Positions 27,027-40,142 of a stretch of 58,522 bases of DNA are shown here, in pieces. Source of the stretch: Octopus bimaculoides (Eukaryota). The notes under the pieces were generated by a model. The model saw only the letters and a program-made list of their open reading frames with translations. It made no database searches and was not told where the DNA came from. The stretch is from the NCBI RefSeq assembly GCF_001194135.2, contig NC_068991.1, forward strand, positions 11,814,496-11,873,017, in the 5' to 3' direction. Position 1 is the first letter of the stretch. Every line of letters starts with the position of its first letter. Position numbers and translations under genes: made by a program.

Positions 27027-27192
27027 GTACATATATACGACGGGCTTCTTTTAGTTTCCGTCTACCAAATCCACACACTAGGCTTTGGTCGGCCCGAGGC
27101 TATAGTAGAAAACACTTGCCCAAAGTGCCACGCAGTGAGAATGAAGCCGGAACCATGTGGTTGGTAAGAAAGCAACTTACCACACAGTCACT
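26766..27192 (-). mobile_element. Near full-length family C SINE with 14-bp TSD
   Basis: Colinear with 8103-8508; CAATAAATATATAT at 26752-26765 and 27193-27206. Confidence 0.9.
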
Positions 27193-28247
27193 CAATAAAT
27201 ATATATATGTGTGTGTGTGTTTTGTATATTTGTGTGTGTGTGTATGTGTATGAACGTAACTGCATGGTATGTAAGTTCCTATTTGATAAACATATATAAG
27301 TGTATACGTATACATTTTGTTCCAAAATGTGTAAGTACTTATCTTATATCTTCCAGCCTCTAAAGATAATAGCGCTGTTTGTTGTCCCAAAAATATAAAC
27401 AAAAGGCCGAGCAAATATACAAAAAATATTCCAAACCCCATATTTATATCAACAAACTTTCTATGAATTTACCATTTATTTCATGCTTTCCTTTCGTACT
27501 CCTTGCATCTATTAGTATCTGCATATACACATGTACCTCCCTATTTTCCCTCCCTGTCCAGCCTGATTCTCTCAATAACATATATGTATGTATATATGTA
27601 TATATGTATATATGTATATATGCAAACACTTCTGTTTTTCTTTCTACGCAACACATCTTTTACTCTTTCCTCTTCGCCTTCTCCATCTTTTCTTTATCTA
27701 TCCCTACTTCATGTGCAGCGTTTTTTGTTCATTTTTTGTTTTTCTTTACTTCTCATTATCCGAAATAGGCTTATGATTTAATTAGATCATGTAAGAGAGA
27801 CTGTAGCTGGAAGATAATTATATTTAAATATAACCAACTGAAGTCGCAATCCTCTCCGCGAGATGTTTACTAAATATCTTTCTTCAAATATATCCCCAAG
27901 GAGAGATAACCACAGAAATGACAAAAAAAGTAAAATTGAAGATTATTTCAAACCTGACGCTTCTTGTTGTCTTTAAGATTTTCTGACATAGGATTATTTT
28001 TGTTTTGTATTTTTACTAGCAGTATCCATCCATATATACACATATACACTCATACATGTATATGTGTGCATGCATATATATATACATACATACATACATA
28101 CATACACACATACATATATATGTGTGTGAGTGTATAGGTATATTTATATGACTAGTTCTTTGTGTGTTTCAAATTATATGAGCGTTTTGTTTGCGATTAT
28201 ATATATAAAAGCAAGTATGTATGTATGAATGCATGTATATATATGTA

Positions 28248-28285
<38 letters not shown>

Positions 28286-28295
28286 NNNNNNNNNN

Positions 28296-28393
<98 letters not shown>

Positions 28394-28483
28394 TACACTC
28401 ACATATATATACATATATATGTGTGTATAAGTGACTGTACACCATTGTATTTCTCTATACTTAAAGGTATGAACACACACACA

Positions 28484-28547
<64 letters not shown>

Positions 28548-28727
28548 CTGTTTAAGTATACAGAAATACAGTGGTATACAATCACATATGCAACACTTGC
28601 ATACGTATAACTATACATAGTATATATAAAAGTGAGTGCTTATTTGTATATGTAAGAAGCTAAGAATATAATATATGTGCGTTTGAGTGTATATGTGTAT
28701 ATACATATATATATATATATATATATA

Positions 28728-29092
28728 GATCGAGTTGGATGGCGAACAAGGGTGTGGAGTGGAGTGAAAGCATTTGAAGAGGCCAGGATGATGCAAGCAG
28801 GGCTCAAGAGACATTTAAGGAAAAATGTGAAGACTGAGAAGGTGAATGACAAGGACCTTTTTGTGTGCACAGTCTGTGACAGACCATGTCTGTCCTTGGC
28901 TGGCCTCAAATCTCACCTGCGAACCCATGGAAAACAAACCTCACCCAGCTATTCTGATTATATGTCTGTGCACACGTTTGAATGTGGTGTGTGCCAGAGG
29001 GTTTGCAAATCCAATGGGGGTCTTAAAAGACATGTTAGGATCCACAATGAGCAGAACTTACTTGCAGGTATTGGTAGTGCAAATCAGAGGTG
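28728..29092 (+). mobile_element. 3' end of an RTE-like LINE ORF with two C2H2 zinc fingers; frame open up to the gap
   Basis: DRVGWRTRVWSGVKAFEEARMMQAGLKRHLRK resembles the RTE C-terminal DRxxWRxxVxxGxxxFE block; fingers CTVCDRPCLSLAGLKSHLRTH and CGVCQRVCKSNGGLKRHVRIH; starts abruptly after (TA)n; no TGEKP linker. Confidence 0.7.
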
Positions 29093-29845
29093 NNNNNNNN
29101 NNNNNNNNNNNNNNNNNNNNNNNNNNNNNNNNNNNNNNNNNNNNNNNNNNNNNNNNNNNNNNNNNNNNNNNNNNNNNNNNNNNNNNNNNNNNNNNNNNNN
29201 NNNNNNNNNNNNNNNNNNNNNNNNNNNNNNNNNNNNNNNNNNNNNNNNNNNNNNNNNNNNNNNNNNNNNNNNNNNNNNNNNNNNNNNNNNNNNNNNNNNN
29301 NNNNNNNNNNNNNNNNNNNNNNNNNNNNNNNNNNNNNNNNNNNNNNNNNNNNNNNNNNNNNNNNNNNNNNNNNNNNNNNNNNNNNNNNNNNNNNNNNNNN
29401 NNNNNNNNNNNNNNNNNNNNNNNNNNNNNNNNNNNNNNNNNNNNNNNNNNNNNNNNNNNNNNNNNNNNNNNNNNNNNNNNNNNNNNNNNNNNNNNNNNNN
29501 NNNNNNNNNNNNNNNNNNNNNNNNNNNNNNNNNNNNNNNNNNNNNNNNNNNNNNNNNNNNNNNNNNNNNNNNNNNNNNNNNNNNNNNNNNNNNNNNNNNN
29601 NNNNNNNNNNNNNNNNNNNNNNNNNNNNNNNNNNNNNNNNNNNNNNNNNNNNNNNNNNNNNNNNNNNNNNNNNNNNNNNNNNNNNNNNNNNNNNNNNNNN
29701 NNNNNNNNNNNNNNNNNNNNNNNNNNNNNNNNNNNNNNNNNNNNNNNNNNNNNNNNNNNNNNNNNNNNNNNNNNNNNNNNNNNNNNNNNNNNNNNNNNNN
29801 NNNNNNNNNNNNNNNNNNNNNNNNNNNNNNNNNGTGTGTGTGTGT

Positions 29846-29904
<59 letters not shown>

Positions 29905-29909
<5 letters not shown>

Positions 29910-30350
29910 AAACTAACCTTGGGGTAGTTCCAATATGTTTGTGACATATTTTTACTTCTGAAGGCAAACTCTCTGCAGTTCCCGTGGAGAAATTATTCTC
30001 TCTTATAGTAATAAGTGCAAAATCTCCGTATCGTCCGTGTGCTTCCCTCTAGCGGATTCCCAGACGGGCGTCTCTGACTCTTTAGTCTTCCTCGAAGAAA
30101 GATAATTTTGTTCATATTCAAGGCTGTATAATTTATCTTAAGAAACAGCTAACATCATTGACTGATTTCTACCAATGGATCGTCTATTAGGAACAAAAAT
30201 GCCAAGCAGCGGTGAAGAATAAGCGACTATTAGTTTAGTGAAAATGTGTTTGTGACATACTTAAAATCCTAAAGGCAGTGTGGCAGTTATCGTGGAGGAA
30301 AAAGTTTCCTCTTATGATAAAAAGAAATGTAAAAACGCCATATCTGTCCA
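29905..30350. mobile_element. Two degenerate arms of the fold-back repeat family seen at 38348-38590
   Basis: AATATGTTTGTGACATA at about 29932 and AATGTGTTTGTGACATA at about 30243; CAGTT(C/A)(C/T)CGTGGAG...CTCTTAT in both, matching the arms of the 38.4-kb copy. Confidence 0.6.
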
Positions 30351-31148
30351 ATGATTCCTACCTTTACAGTGATTTATTCCGCTGGAAAATAATACTATTG
30401 TATTGTAAATTCGCTGCTTTAAAGGCAAAACAGTCGCGTTAACAAAGGGATGTGGGGTCGAATCCCAAGTGGATAGGAAAGATTTCTTTTTCTATCGAGG
30501 GCTTATACGCCCCGTTATTAGACTATTTTCCTTAGTCATTGTACGCTGATCGCCATAAACTTTAAGCTTATATAAAATACCATTATTATTAATATTTACA
30601 GGAATGTAAAACACGGCACTGTATAACAAAACCATATATATATATATATAAATACATACATATATATATACATATATATATATACATTCATACACACATG
30701 CACACACACATATATATATGAAAAAGCCAGGGACGGAGCACATATATATATGAAAAACTGCTGGTAAACAGAGTTGAATAGGTTTTCAATATTTGACGCT
30801 TTTAACGTATCTTTCCTAAAATTGACTTTATGATGATGTTTTGTTAATATTCTTCACAATGTCGAAACAAAATGTAGAAGAAACAAAATGTCGAAGAAAT
30901 ATGAATATAATCGAATAAAATAAAATGGTAACTGAATGAAAGTCAAAACAGAACAATGGTAACTGACATATTTATGTAAAGAAAAGAAATCACTGTTAAG
31001 AGCTTTAATGGATTTACAGCTGTTAACAATGGTGAATTGTGAAAATATTCTCAGAGAGGAAGTAAAAAGTGCAATGATTCATGAATGGAATACATATAGA
31101 CATATATATATATATATATGTATGTATATGTATGTATATGTATGTATT

Positions 31149-31512
31149 CTCCAGATCGCTCATCGTCTATCAGAGACGTTCTTCCGCTTTTGAAGTGTCC
31201 GTGCCACTCGAAACATTTCATACGACCCATTGCCTCGTCGCTGTAACCTTGTCGAAGTGTATTCAATGTCTTTGTAGCAGACTTTGCAAGTTTAAAAAAA
31301 GAAAATTCACGTTGGCACTTTGTTCCAACTTCCTACTCATGACAGAATCGCTCAATACAGCATACCTGTCATCACAAAAACACAAATTTCAAATTACTCG
31401 GCACACTGCCACATGAGCGTCACTGCTAACTCTCACGGCGCAGGCAAACGTATGCTGCCATCTGTTGGCGCGCTACAGAGAGAGTCCGGTAACGTTTTGA
31501 TACTACTTTGTA
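31149..31512 (-). pseudogene. Mariner 5' end (TIR, 5' UTR, N-terminal HTH region of transposase, frameshifted)
   Basis: Minus strand MSRKLEQSANVNF/KLAKSATKTLNTLRQGYSDEAMGRMKCFEWHGHFKSGRTSLIDDERSG, typical mariner N-terminus; ATG at 31340-31338; CAGATGGCAGCA in UTR; TA-flanked end near 31512. Confidence 0.85.
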
Positions 31513-31741
31513 TACACTGGTAGTGGACGTAATCTACCATCGGTTTAACACTTCAAGCTGGGCGTTGCATTTTTTGTTTGTTTGTTTTTTTTTCTTTCTA
31601 ATCTGATTACATTCTATCAGATGACATTGGTCTTTGCCTATAATCCTTTTTTTGTAAATATGCGCTTACACACATATACACACACATATATACATATAGC
31701 TATATATATGTGTATGTATGTATGTATGTATGTATGTGTAG

Positions 31742-31985
31742 ATGCAGAAGTGGCTGTATATTTAGGAGTTTGCTCCCCAACCAGATGGTTCGAAATGCAG
31801 TTGCAGTACGTGCCACCTTGCAATGACGAAAGCCTTGTCAGTGGATTCCATAGAGGGAAGCCCGTCGTATATACGTGCAGTACATGTATGTGTGTGTGTG
31901 TTTTGGTCTGTGTTTTTCCCCCACCACCGCTTGACAACCGCATTTGGTGTGTTGATGTTCATGTAATCTAGCGGTTCGTCAAATG
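31742..31985 (+). mobile_element. Degenerate family C SINE
   Basis: GCAGAAGTGGCTGTA...GTGCCACCTTG...AAAGCCTTGTCAGTGGATT...GAAGCCCGTCGTATA...CGCTTGACAACCG. Confidence 0.7.
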
Positions 31986-32595
31986 CATAGGTCCTGTCTA
32001 CTATAAAGAGCCAGCAACACATACAACACCAACACACCCAGAATATGAGCCTTCAAATATTTCCTACAGTTGGTGACGCACTGGGAAAATGTTCTTATTA
32101 CAAGCCAGGGACGGAGCACATTAAAAAGAAAAGGCAAACAAAATCTTAATTAGAAAATTAAACTAGAACACTCGCTTTTAATCATGTCATTCTCAAATGA
32201 AAAGCTGTTGCAATATAAATACATGTGTGCGTGCACAATTACATAGAGATATTTACACTACAGCTATAAATTATGTTTGAAAGTCATTTTTACACGAAGT
32301 CTTAATTCAAATAGATTGTTTCGTTAAATCACCAAACAAAATGAAGTCGTAGTCAACACAATACGTATAAACATTGATTTATAAATCCAGTACTATATCT
32401 CCCAGCGAGGTTTTGTTTCTTGTATTTCATGAATAATATCGAAGTGCTAACTTTTATTTAATATCTAAATGGATAGATATATTGTATATCTTCATTCAAT
32501 CCATATTAACGAAATTCTCCATGGTAATCAATATACATACACAGACGCATTCATCTATATGATATATTAAAAATTTCTAAGAATTTATAATACAT

Positions 32596-32725
32596 ACATG
32601 GTTCCGGGTTCAGTTCCACTGCATGGCAACTTGGACAAGTGTCTTCTACTATAGCCTCGGCCCGAACGAAGCCTTGTGAGTGGATTTGGTAGACGGAAAC
32701 TGAAAGAAGCTCTTCGTATATATAT

Positions 32726-32772
<47 letters not shown>

Positions 32773-32978
32773 GTGTCTATGTTTGTCTATGTTTGTCCCC
32801 CACCATCGCTTCACAACCGATGCTGGCGTATTTAGGTCCCCGTAATTTAGTGGTTCAGCAAAAGACACTGATAGAATAATCACTAGGCTTACAAAGAATA
32901 AGTCCTGTGGTCGATTTGTTCGGCTAAAGGTGGTGCTCCAGCATGGCCGCAGTCAAATGACTGAAATAAGTAAAAAAT
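32596..32978 (+). mobile_element. Family C SINE, 5'-truncated
   Basis: ACATGGTTCCGGGTTCAGTTCCACTGC through CAGCATGGCCGCAGTCAAATGACTGAAATAAGTAAAA. Confidence 0.9.
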
Positions 32979-33238
32979 AAAACAATAAATACACGAAAGT
33001 TTATGCATATGTAAAAATTCATAGACATAAAAAAATAAATAAACACATAAAAATTCATAAATACAAATATATAAATATAAGTCCATAAATGTACTTGCGA
33101 TGTCCGAATGTTCGAATTTGAATCAATAAAGAGGAAGATAAAAAGCGAATGTAGCATGATACATAAGGAATCTAAAACATGTATAAAATCTATGTATATA
33201 ATCTTACAGCCGTTTCGAAAACATATGTATATATGTAT

Positions 33239-34095
33239 TTTTTTTCTATAGTTTCAGCTGAAAGCTGCGGCCATGCTGACGCACCGCTGTTTTGCTACAC
33301 TTTTATTACTGAGAGCCTCCTCAAATATGTGGCACTTGGTGAAGAATGGAGTTTGATGTAGCTACCCTCATTTGCACCTCTTGCCGTGAAGTAGGTTCAT
33401 CTGGGAGTCTCAACAGGAAGAGGTCCAGCTTTGATTTTAAAACTTCTACATATAGTTTGTGCAGGTTCCTCAGGCTCTTTGGGAGAGTATTAAAAAGCTG
33501 TGGGCCCCTGAAACCCAAACTGTTGCAATAACTGGTCCTGAAGCGCGATGGCATTGCTGGGATCTTTGGCATTATGCAGTGTCATCCCGTTCTGGCATTG
33601 GTGTAGCTTTCAATGCCAAAATTTGGCACAATTCCTTCCAGGATCTTCCAGATGTATATTACTGCACACCTCTCCCGCCTTCTCTCCAGCTCTTTGATTT
33701 TCAATGGAGGCTTTCATGTCGGTCTGCAGATGAAGTTTTTCCAATTCCAGCCTTTTCTTTGTTGTTGAACGTGGATATTGCATGTGGGAGTATTTTAATT
33801 CGTTGATTTTTTTATTGAGTCTTTTGATTCGCCTGATGAGGGTTTTCTCCTTTCTAGGGAGCCGCTTTCTGTTTGTGTTAGTGGATTTCGTAGGAGCGTG
33901 TTTTGAGCATGTATAGGTGACAATGTTCTCAAAGTGCTACCATGTGGTCTCAATGTGAGTGGAGTGAGAGTGAAGGACCAGTCGATGAAGGACAAATCGT
34001 TTCTCATTGCTCCCAGTCCGCTTTGTAGAAGTTTATGTTGTCAAATAAGCTACGTGGAGTGGAATTGGGTGGTTTGGTTTTGATATGCCGGGAAT
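33239..34095 (-). mobile_element. CR1-group LINE copy: post-endonuclease linker fused to ORF2 C-terminus and 3' UTR, RT domain absent
   Basis: Minus strand FDNINFYKADWEQ/MRNDLSFIDW...CSKHAPTK...RLPRKEKTLIRR...SIENQR then LERRRERCAVIYIWKILEGIVPN...GPQLFNTLPKSLRN...KSKLDLFLLRLPDEP...ATSNSILHQ; junction near 33689-33695; frameshifts and one stop. Confidence 0.85.
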
Positions 34096-34162
34096 GAAAA
34101 TATATGTATGTATATATGTTCATATATATATGTATATATATATATATATGCATATATATGCT

Positions 34163-34232
<70 letters not shown>

Positions 34233-34602
34233 CATGTGTGTATAAGAGGATAATTTTATAACTTCGTTAAACCGAAAAGCAATTTCGTTTAACCGAAGAA
34301 CACATGTATACATGTATATATATATATGTATGTATGTATATTATATATATGTGTACGTGCATATATGTATATATACGTACATATATGTATAAATATTTTT
34401 ATATATATGTATATACATGTATATATGTATATATGTATATATGTGTATATATATGTATATATGTATATATGTGTATATATATATATATATATACACGTAC
34501 ATATACGCTTTAGTTTTATGTATAAATAGATATGTGTGTATGAATGTATTCCAGTAAGTATAAGGATGTGTTGATAAATACGGCGGTGCGTTTTGCTTGA
34601 AT

Positions 34603-34642
34603 CACGTGTGTGTCACACCGGAAGTCACGCGATGTTTGTTTA
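34603..34642. promoter_or_regulatory. Compact motif cluster: E-box CACGTG, ETS CCGGAAGT, Fox-like TGTTTGTTTA
   Basis: Motifs at 34603-34608, 34618-34625, 34633-34642 in a short CpG-containing island amid microsatellites; motif match only. Confidence 0.3.
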
Positions 34643-35018
34643 TCAATAATAATTCCCACACGGCTGGAATCTAAAGTAGTCTGCATCATTTATTGATTGA
34701 TACAACTCCGCCGCCATCTTTTTTTTTATCTCTCTCTTCATATACGAATTTACTTTCTCATTTTGCTTCGGTATTCTTAGAATTTTTAAACACAGAACCA
34801 CACTCACAAAAATCATTCACACACGCACATATACACATGTACTTACGTACATATATACGCAGTGTGTACGTCACATATATATATATACATGAGTGCATAT
34901 ATATCTGTATACATACATACATATATGTGTATATGTATGTATTATGTATGTATGTACGTATTGCTTCTCTTCAGAATAGTATCGCAACAAAAACTCTAAC
35001 AGCAGTAAATGCAATATC

Positions 35019-35124
<106 letters not shown>

Positions 35125-35419
35125 CTAAGAACAACGACACCGAAAACTGTAGCAATAAGTCTAATATCAACAAAAGTGTAATTGACTTCCGAATCATAAC
35201 TTTTTTATATATTATTTCGTCTTTCTTTTGTTTTGTTTATTTTTGTTTGGGTTTTGTTCCTTATTTTATACGCTGTCGTTATTTTGGTTGTTGTTATTTA
35301 TTGTTGTTGTTGTTGTTTTTCTTTTTGTGTTTGTTATAATTTTCCTTCGCAATTTCAATGTAATTATGATAAAAATTCCAATTAAAGAAAGTTTCAAAAC
35401 TATCTGCTACTGCTGTCAG

Positions 35420-36345
<926 letters not shown>

Positions 36346-38347
36346 CTAGTTGATATTGTTGTTGTTGCTGTTGTTTTTATTGATATTATTATAATCTATA
36401 TTATTTTATTCGACTTGGTCGCAGTTGCAATGTCGACGACGTATACTCACGTGAGATGATGTTTTGATTGGTGTGTGTCTCTGTGCACTTCTGCATTTCT
36501 CTGTGTGTGTATGTGTGTGTTTGTTTGTGTGCATGCGTTTGCAATCGTGTGTATGAACACTTTTGTTTTGCATCGCTGTTGCCTCTGACCTATTTTATAA
36601 ATGCATGAATTCCAGTATTCCTATACATATTCATGCCTGAATGTACAAAAAACCTGCGCATACACTCTGATACACACAGACAGGTGTGTGTAGATTATAT
36701 TGTATATGCATATACGTATAAATTTATGGATACATACATATATGTGTGTGTGTGTGTGTGTATGTCATTTTTTGTTTTATTCGTGGGTTTGTATTCGTAT
36801 GTTTGAGCCTTTCTTTGAATTCTTTCAATCAGGAGGAAGCTAGTTTTTTTACACGGAATCCAAATTCAATCACAGGAAATTCGGTCAACAAAAACCTGAA
36901 GCGTTACTAGTTGAACTTTTGAGAAGTTTTACATAGTTCTACAGTTATTCATAAAGTTTGTGTTGATAAAACTGTTGTTAGCTTATCGAATCAAATACTT
37001 AAATATTTACTAACATAGCGAAGTGCAGTCTATCCATGATCGTCTGATAAATAAATAACTTGTTTACAAAAACAGTAGCTGTCCATACCTATGCTCCTTT
37101 GATACGGGAAAAATGTTCATAGTTTTAGATGTAGCTGACCTTTATGATAGCGCAATATTTTTTTTCTTTTCGGTCACAAATAAATATATTAAGTTACGCG
37201 TGCACTAACATTTTATGTTAAGGGCAAATCTTTAACGATATACATTACGTTGATATGAATATGTATATATGTACGTATGTTTACATTATATATATATAAA
37301 CAAAAACACATTTATCTATGTATATGTATATATATACACACCCTAATATATGTGTACATATATTATATATATTCAAATATATGTAAACATATATTAAAAT
37401 TAATAACACTCTATCTATAAATCAATCTATCTATCTAGTTATATCTATATCTATAACAAGTGTACTATATTTATGAATATGTATGTATATATATATATAT
37501 ATATNNNNNNNNNNNNNNNNNNNNNNNNNNNNNNNNNNNNNNNNNNNNNNNNNNNNNNNNNNNNNNNNNNNNNNNNNNNNNNNNNNNNNNNNNNNNNNNN
37601 NNNNNNNNNNNNNNNNNNNNNNNNNNNNNNNNNNNNNNNNNNNNNNNNNNNNNNNNNNNNNNNNNNNNNNNNNNNNNNNNNNNNNNNNNNNNNNNNNNNN
37701 NNNNNNNNNNNNNNNNNNNNNNNNNNNNNNNNNNNNNNNNNNNNNNNNNNNNNNNNNNNNNNNNNNNNNNNNNNNNNNNNNNNNNNNNNNNNNNNNNNNN
37801 NNNNNNNNNNNNNNNNNNNNNNNNNNNNNNNNNNNNNNNNNNNNNNNNNNNNNNNNNNNNNNNNNNNNNNNNNNNNNNNNNNNNNNNNNNNNNNNNNNNN
37901 NNNNNNNNNNNNNNNNNNNNNNNNNNNNNNNNNNNNNNNNNNNNNNNNNNNNNNNATAATCAAATAATTACTTGAAATACCTTTGAAAAATAAACCTAGC
38001 TTATCTGCTCTTCTAACTTCATGCTCTCCTACCCATTGTCATGCTCTCTCTCTCATCACTTCTCACCCACACACCATCACAGATATATTCCTGGACTACC
38101 CTACAACGGAAATAGTCTTTTCTCCCCAAGAAAGTTTTATTTGGGATTATTGGAAATATCAACTTTCAACATTTCATGCATTACCAATAAAACCAATCGT
38201 GTAAATATGTATTTATATATGTGTGTGTGTGTGTGTCTGTGTGTGTATGTATATATATGGATATATATGTATAAGTGTGTGTGTATGCGTGTATGCGCGC
38301 GCACGTGCGTATGTGTGCATCGATATGTTAGCATCAAGTAGTGTTTA

Positions 38348-38590
38348 GACATAAACAAAATTTCGGTTACTTGAAATATGTTTGTGACATAATTCAAATG
38401 GACGATCTACCGGTTTTTTCCACGTTGCCATCTATCAGGAATCCCAGACATCGATGTCTGGCGTTCCTGATAGATGGCGACGCTGAACAAGCCGGGTGTT
38501 TTCACGCCATTTTAACATAAGAGAGATACGTTCTCCACGGTAACTGTAGTGAATTTGCATATTTTAACTAACCTAAATTTTTCTTATGTA
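38348..38590. mobile_element. Fold-back (palindromic) MITE-like element
   Basis: Outer arms AAATTTCGGTTACTTGAAATATG / CATATTTTAACTAACCTAAATTT; central 60-bp hairpin 38423-38482 with perfect core CCAGACATCGATGTCTGG. Confidence 0.75.
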
Positions 38591-38597
38591 CGTATAT

Positions 38598-38642
<45 letters not shown>

Positions 38643-39348
38643 NNNNNNNNNNNNNNNNNNNNNNNNNNNNNNNNNNNNNNNNNNNNNNNNNNNNNNNNNN
38701 NNNNNNNNNNNNNNNNNNNNNNNNNNNNNNNNNNNNNNNNNNNNNNNNNNNNNNNNNNNNNNNNNNNNNNNNNNNNNNNNNNNNNNNNNNNNNNNNNNNN
38801 NNNNNNNNNNNNNNNNNNNNNNNNNNNNNNNNNNNNNNNNNNNNNNNNNNNNNNNNNNNNNNNNNNNNNNNNNNNNNNNNNNNNNNNNNNNNNNNNNNNN
38901 NNNNNNNNNNNNNNNNNNNNNNNNNNNNNNNNNNNNNNNNNNNNNNNNNNNNNNNNNNNNNNNNNNNNNNNNNNNNNNNNNNNNNNNNNNNNNNNNNNNN
39001 NNNNNNNNNNNNNNNNNNNNNNNNNNNNNNNNNNNNNNNNNNNNNNNNNNNNNNNNNNNNNNNNNNNNNNNNNNNNNNNNNNNNNNNNNNNNNNNNNNNN
39101 NNNNNNNNNNNNNNNNNNNNNNNNNNNNNNNNNNNNNNNNNNNNNNNNNNNNNNNNNNNNNNNNNNNNNNNNNNNNNNNNNNNNNNNNNNNNNNNNNNNN
39201 NNNNNNNNNNNNNNNNNNNNNNNNNNNNNNNNNNNNNNNNNNNNNNNNNNNNNNNNNNNNNNNNNNNNNNNNNNNNNNNNNNNNNNNNNNNNNNNNNNNN
39301 NNNNNNNNNNNNNNNNNNNNNNNNNNNNNTAGGTAGATAAATAAATAA

Positions 39349-39386
<38 letters not shown>

Positions 39387-39390
39387 GTAC

Positions 39391-39423
<33 letters not shown>

Positions 39424-40023
39424 CATATAAATATATATATACATGCACATATATAAATGTAGATGAGTGTGTATGTATGAATATGTATATACATATACCC
39501 ACAACTACATTTATATATATACATCAATACAACGACAGACACACTCACAAAGACGCACACTTACATAGATATAGGTACACATAGAGATACATAGACAGTG
39601 AAAGATCTACTTTTATGGATATATAGCATAATATATAATATACTAACTCAATCTCCTAATAAATAGTCGTTAGAGCTGATATTTCGGCGTAAACAAATCG
39701 TAGAGATAATTTATTACGGTAAGTGAGAGAAATAAATTGTATTATATTAAGCTATGCTGCATTGATTTAATAATTCTTTTACGTTGCATAAGCAATATTT
39801 CATCACAGCTGGTTTAAACAACTTTCCATAAAGTTTTGCATAATTTACCAAGAATTCTGTCATGGTTCCAGTTTTGCACCCAAACACACGTCATCTTGGA
39901 GAAGCATCTTCCATTATAGTCTCATGCGGATTGGTAACTCACCTGTGGCATTCGTCTCACTGAAAATAAGCTGCTGTCGTTTGTACGCGCAGGTGTCTGC
40001 CTATGTGTGTGTGCATGTATGTG

Positions 40024-40064
<41 letters not shown>

Positions 40065-40074
40065 NNNNNNNNNN

Positions 40075-40121
<47 letters not shown>

Positions 40122-40142
40122 AGGAGATAGATAGATAGATAT

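Noticed and set aside
26201-31512. Mariner 5' piece (31149-31512) and 3' piece (26201-26520) are co-oriented and in the right order, suggesting one interrupted element
   Set aside because: Terminal sequences do not match (CTCGGCTGAGGAAAAAGTTCGTGCG versus CAAAGTAGTATCAAAACGTTACCGG), so they are likely independent insertions
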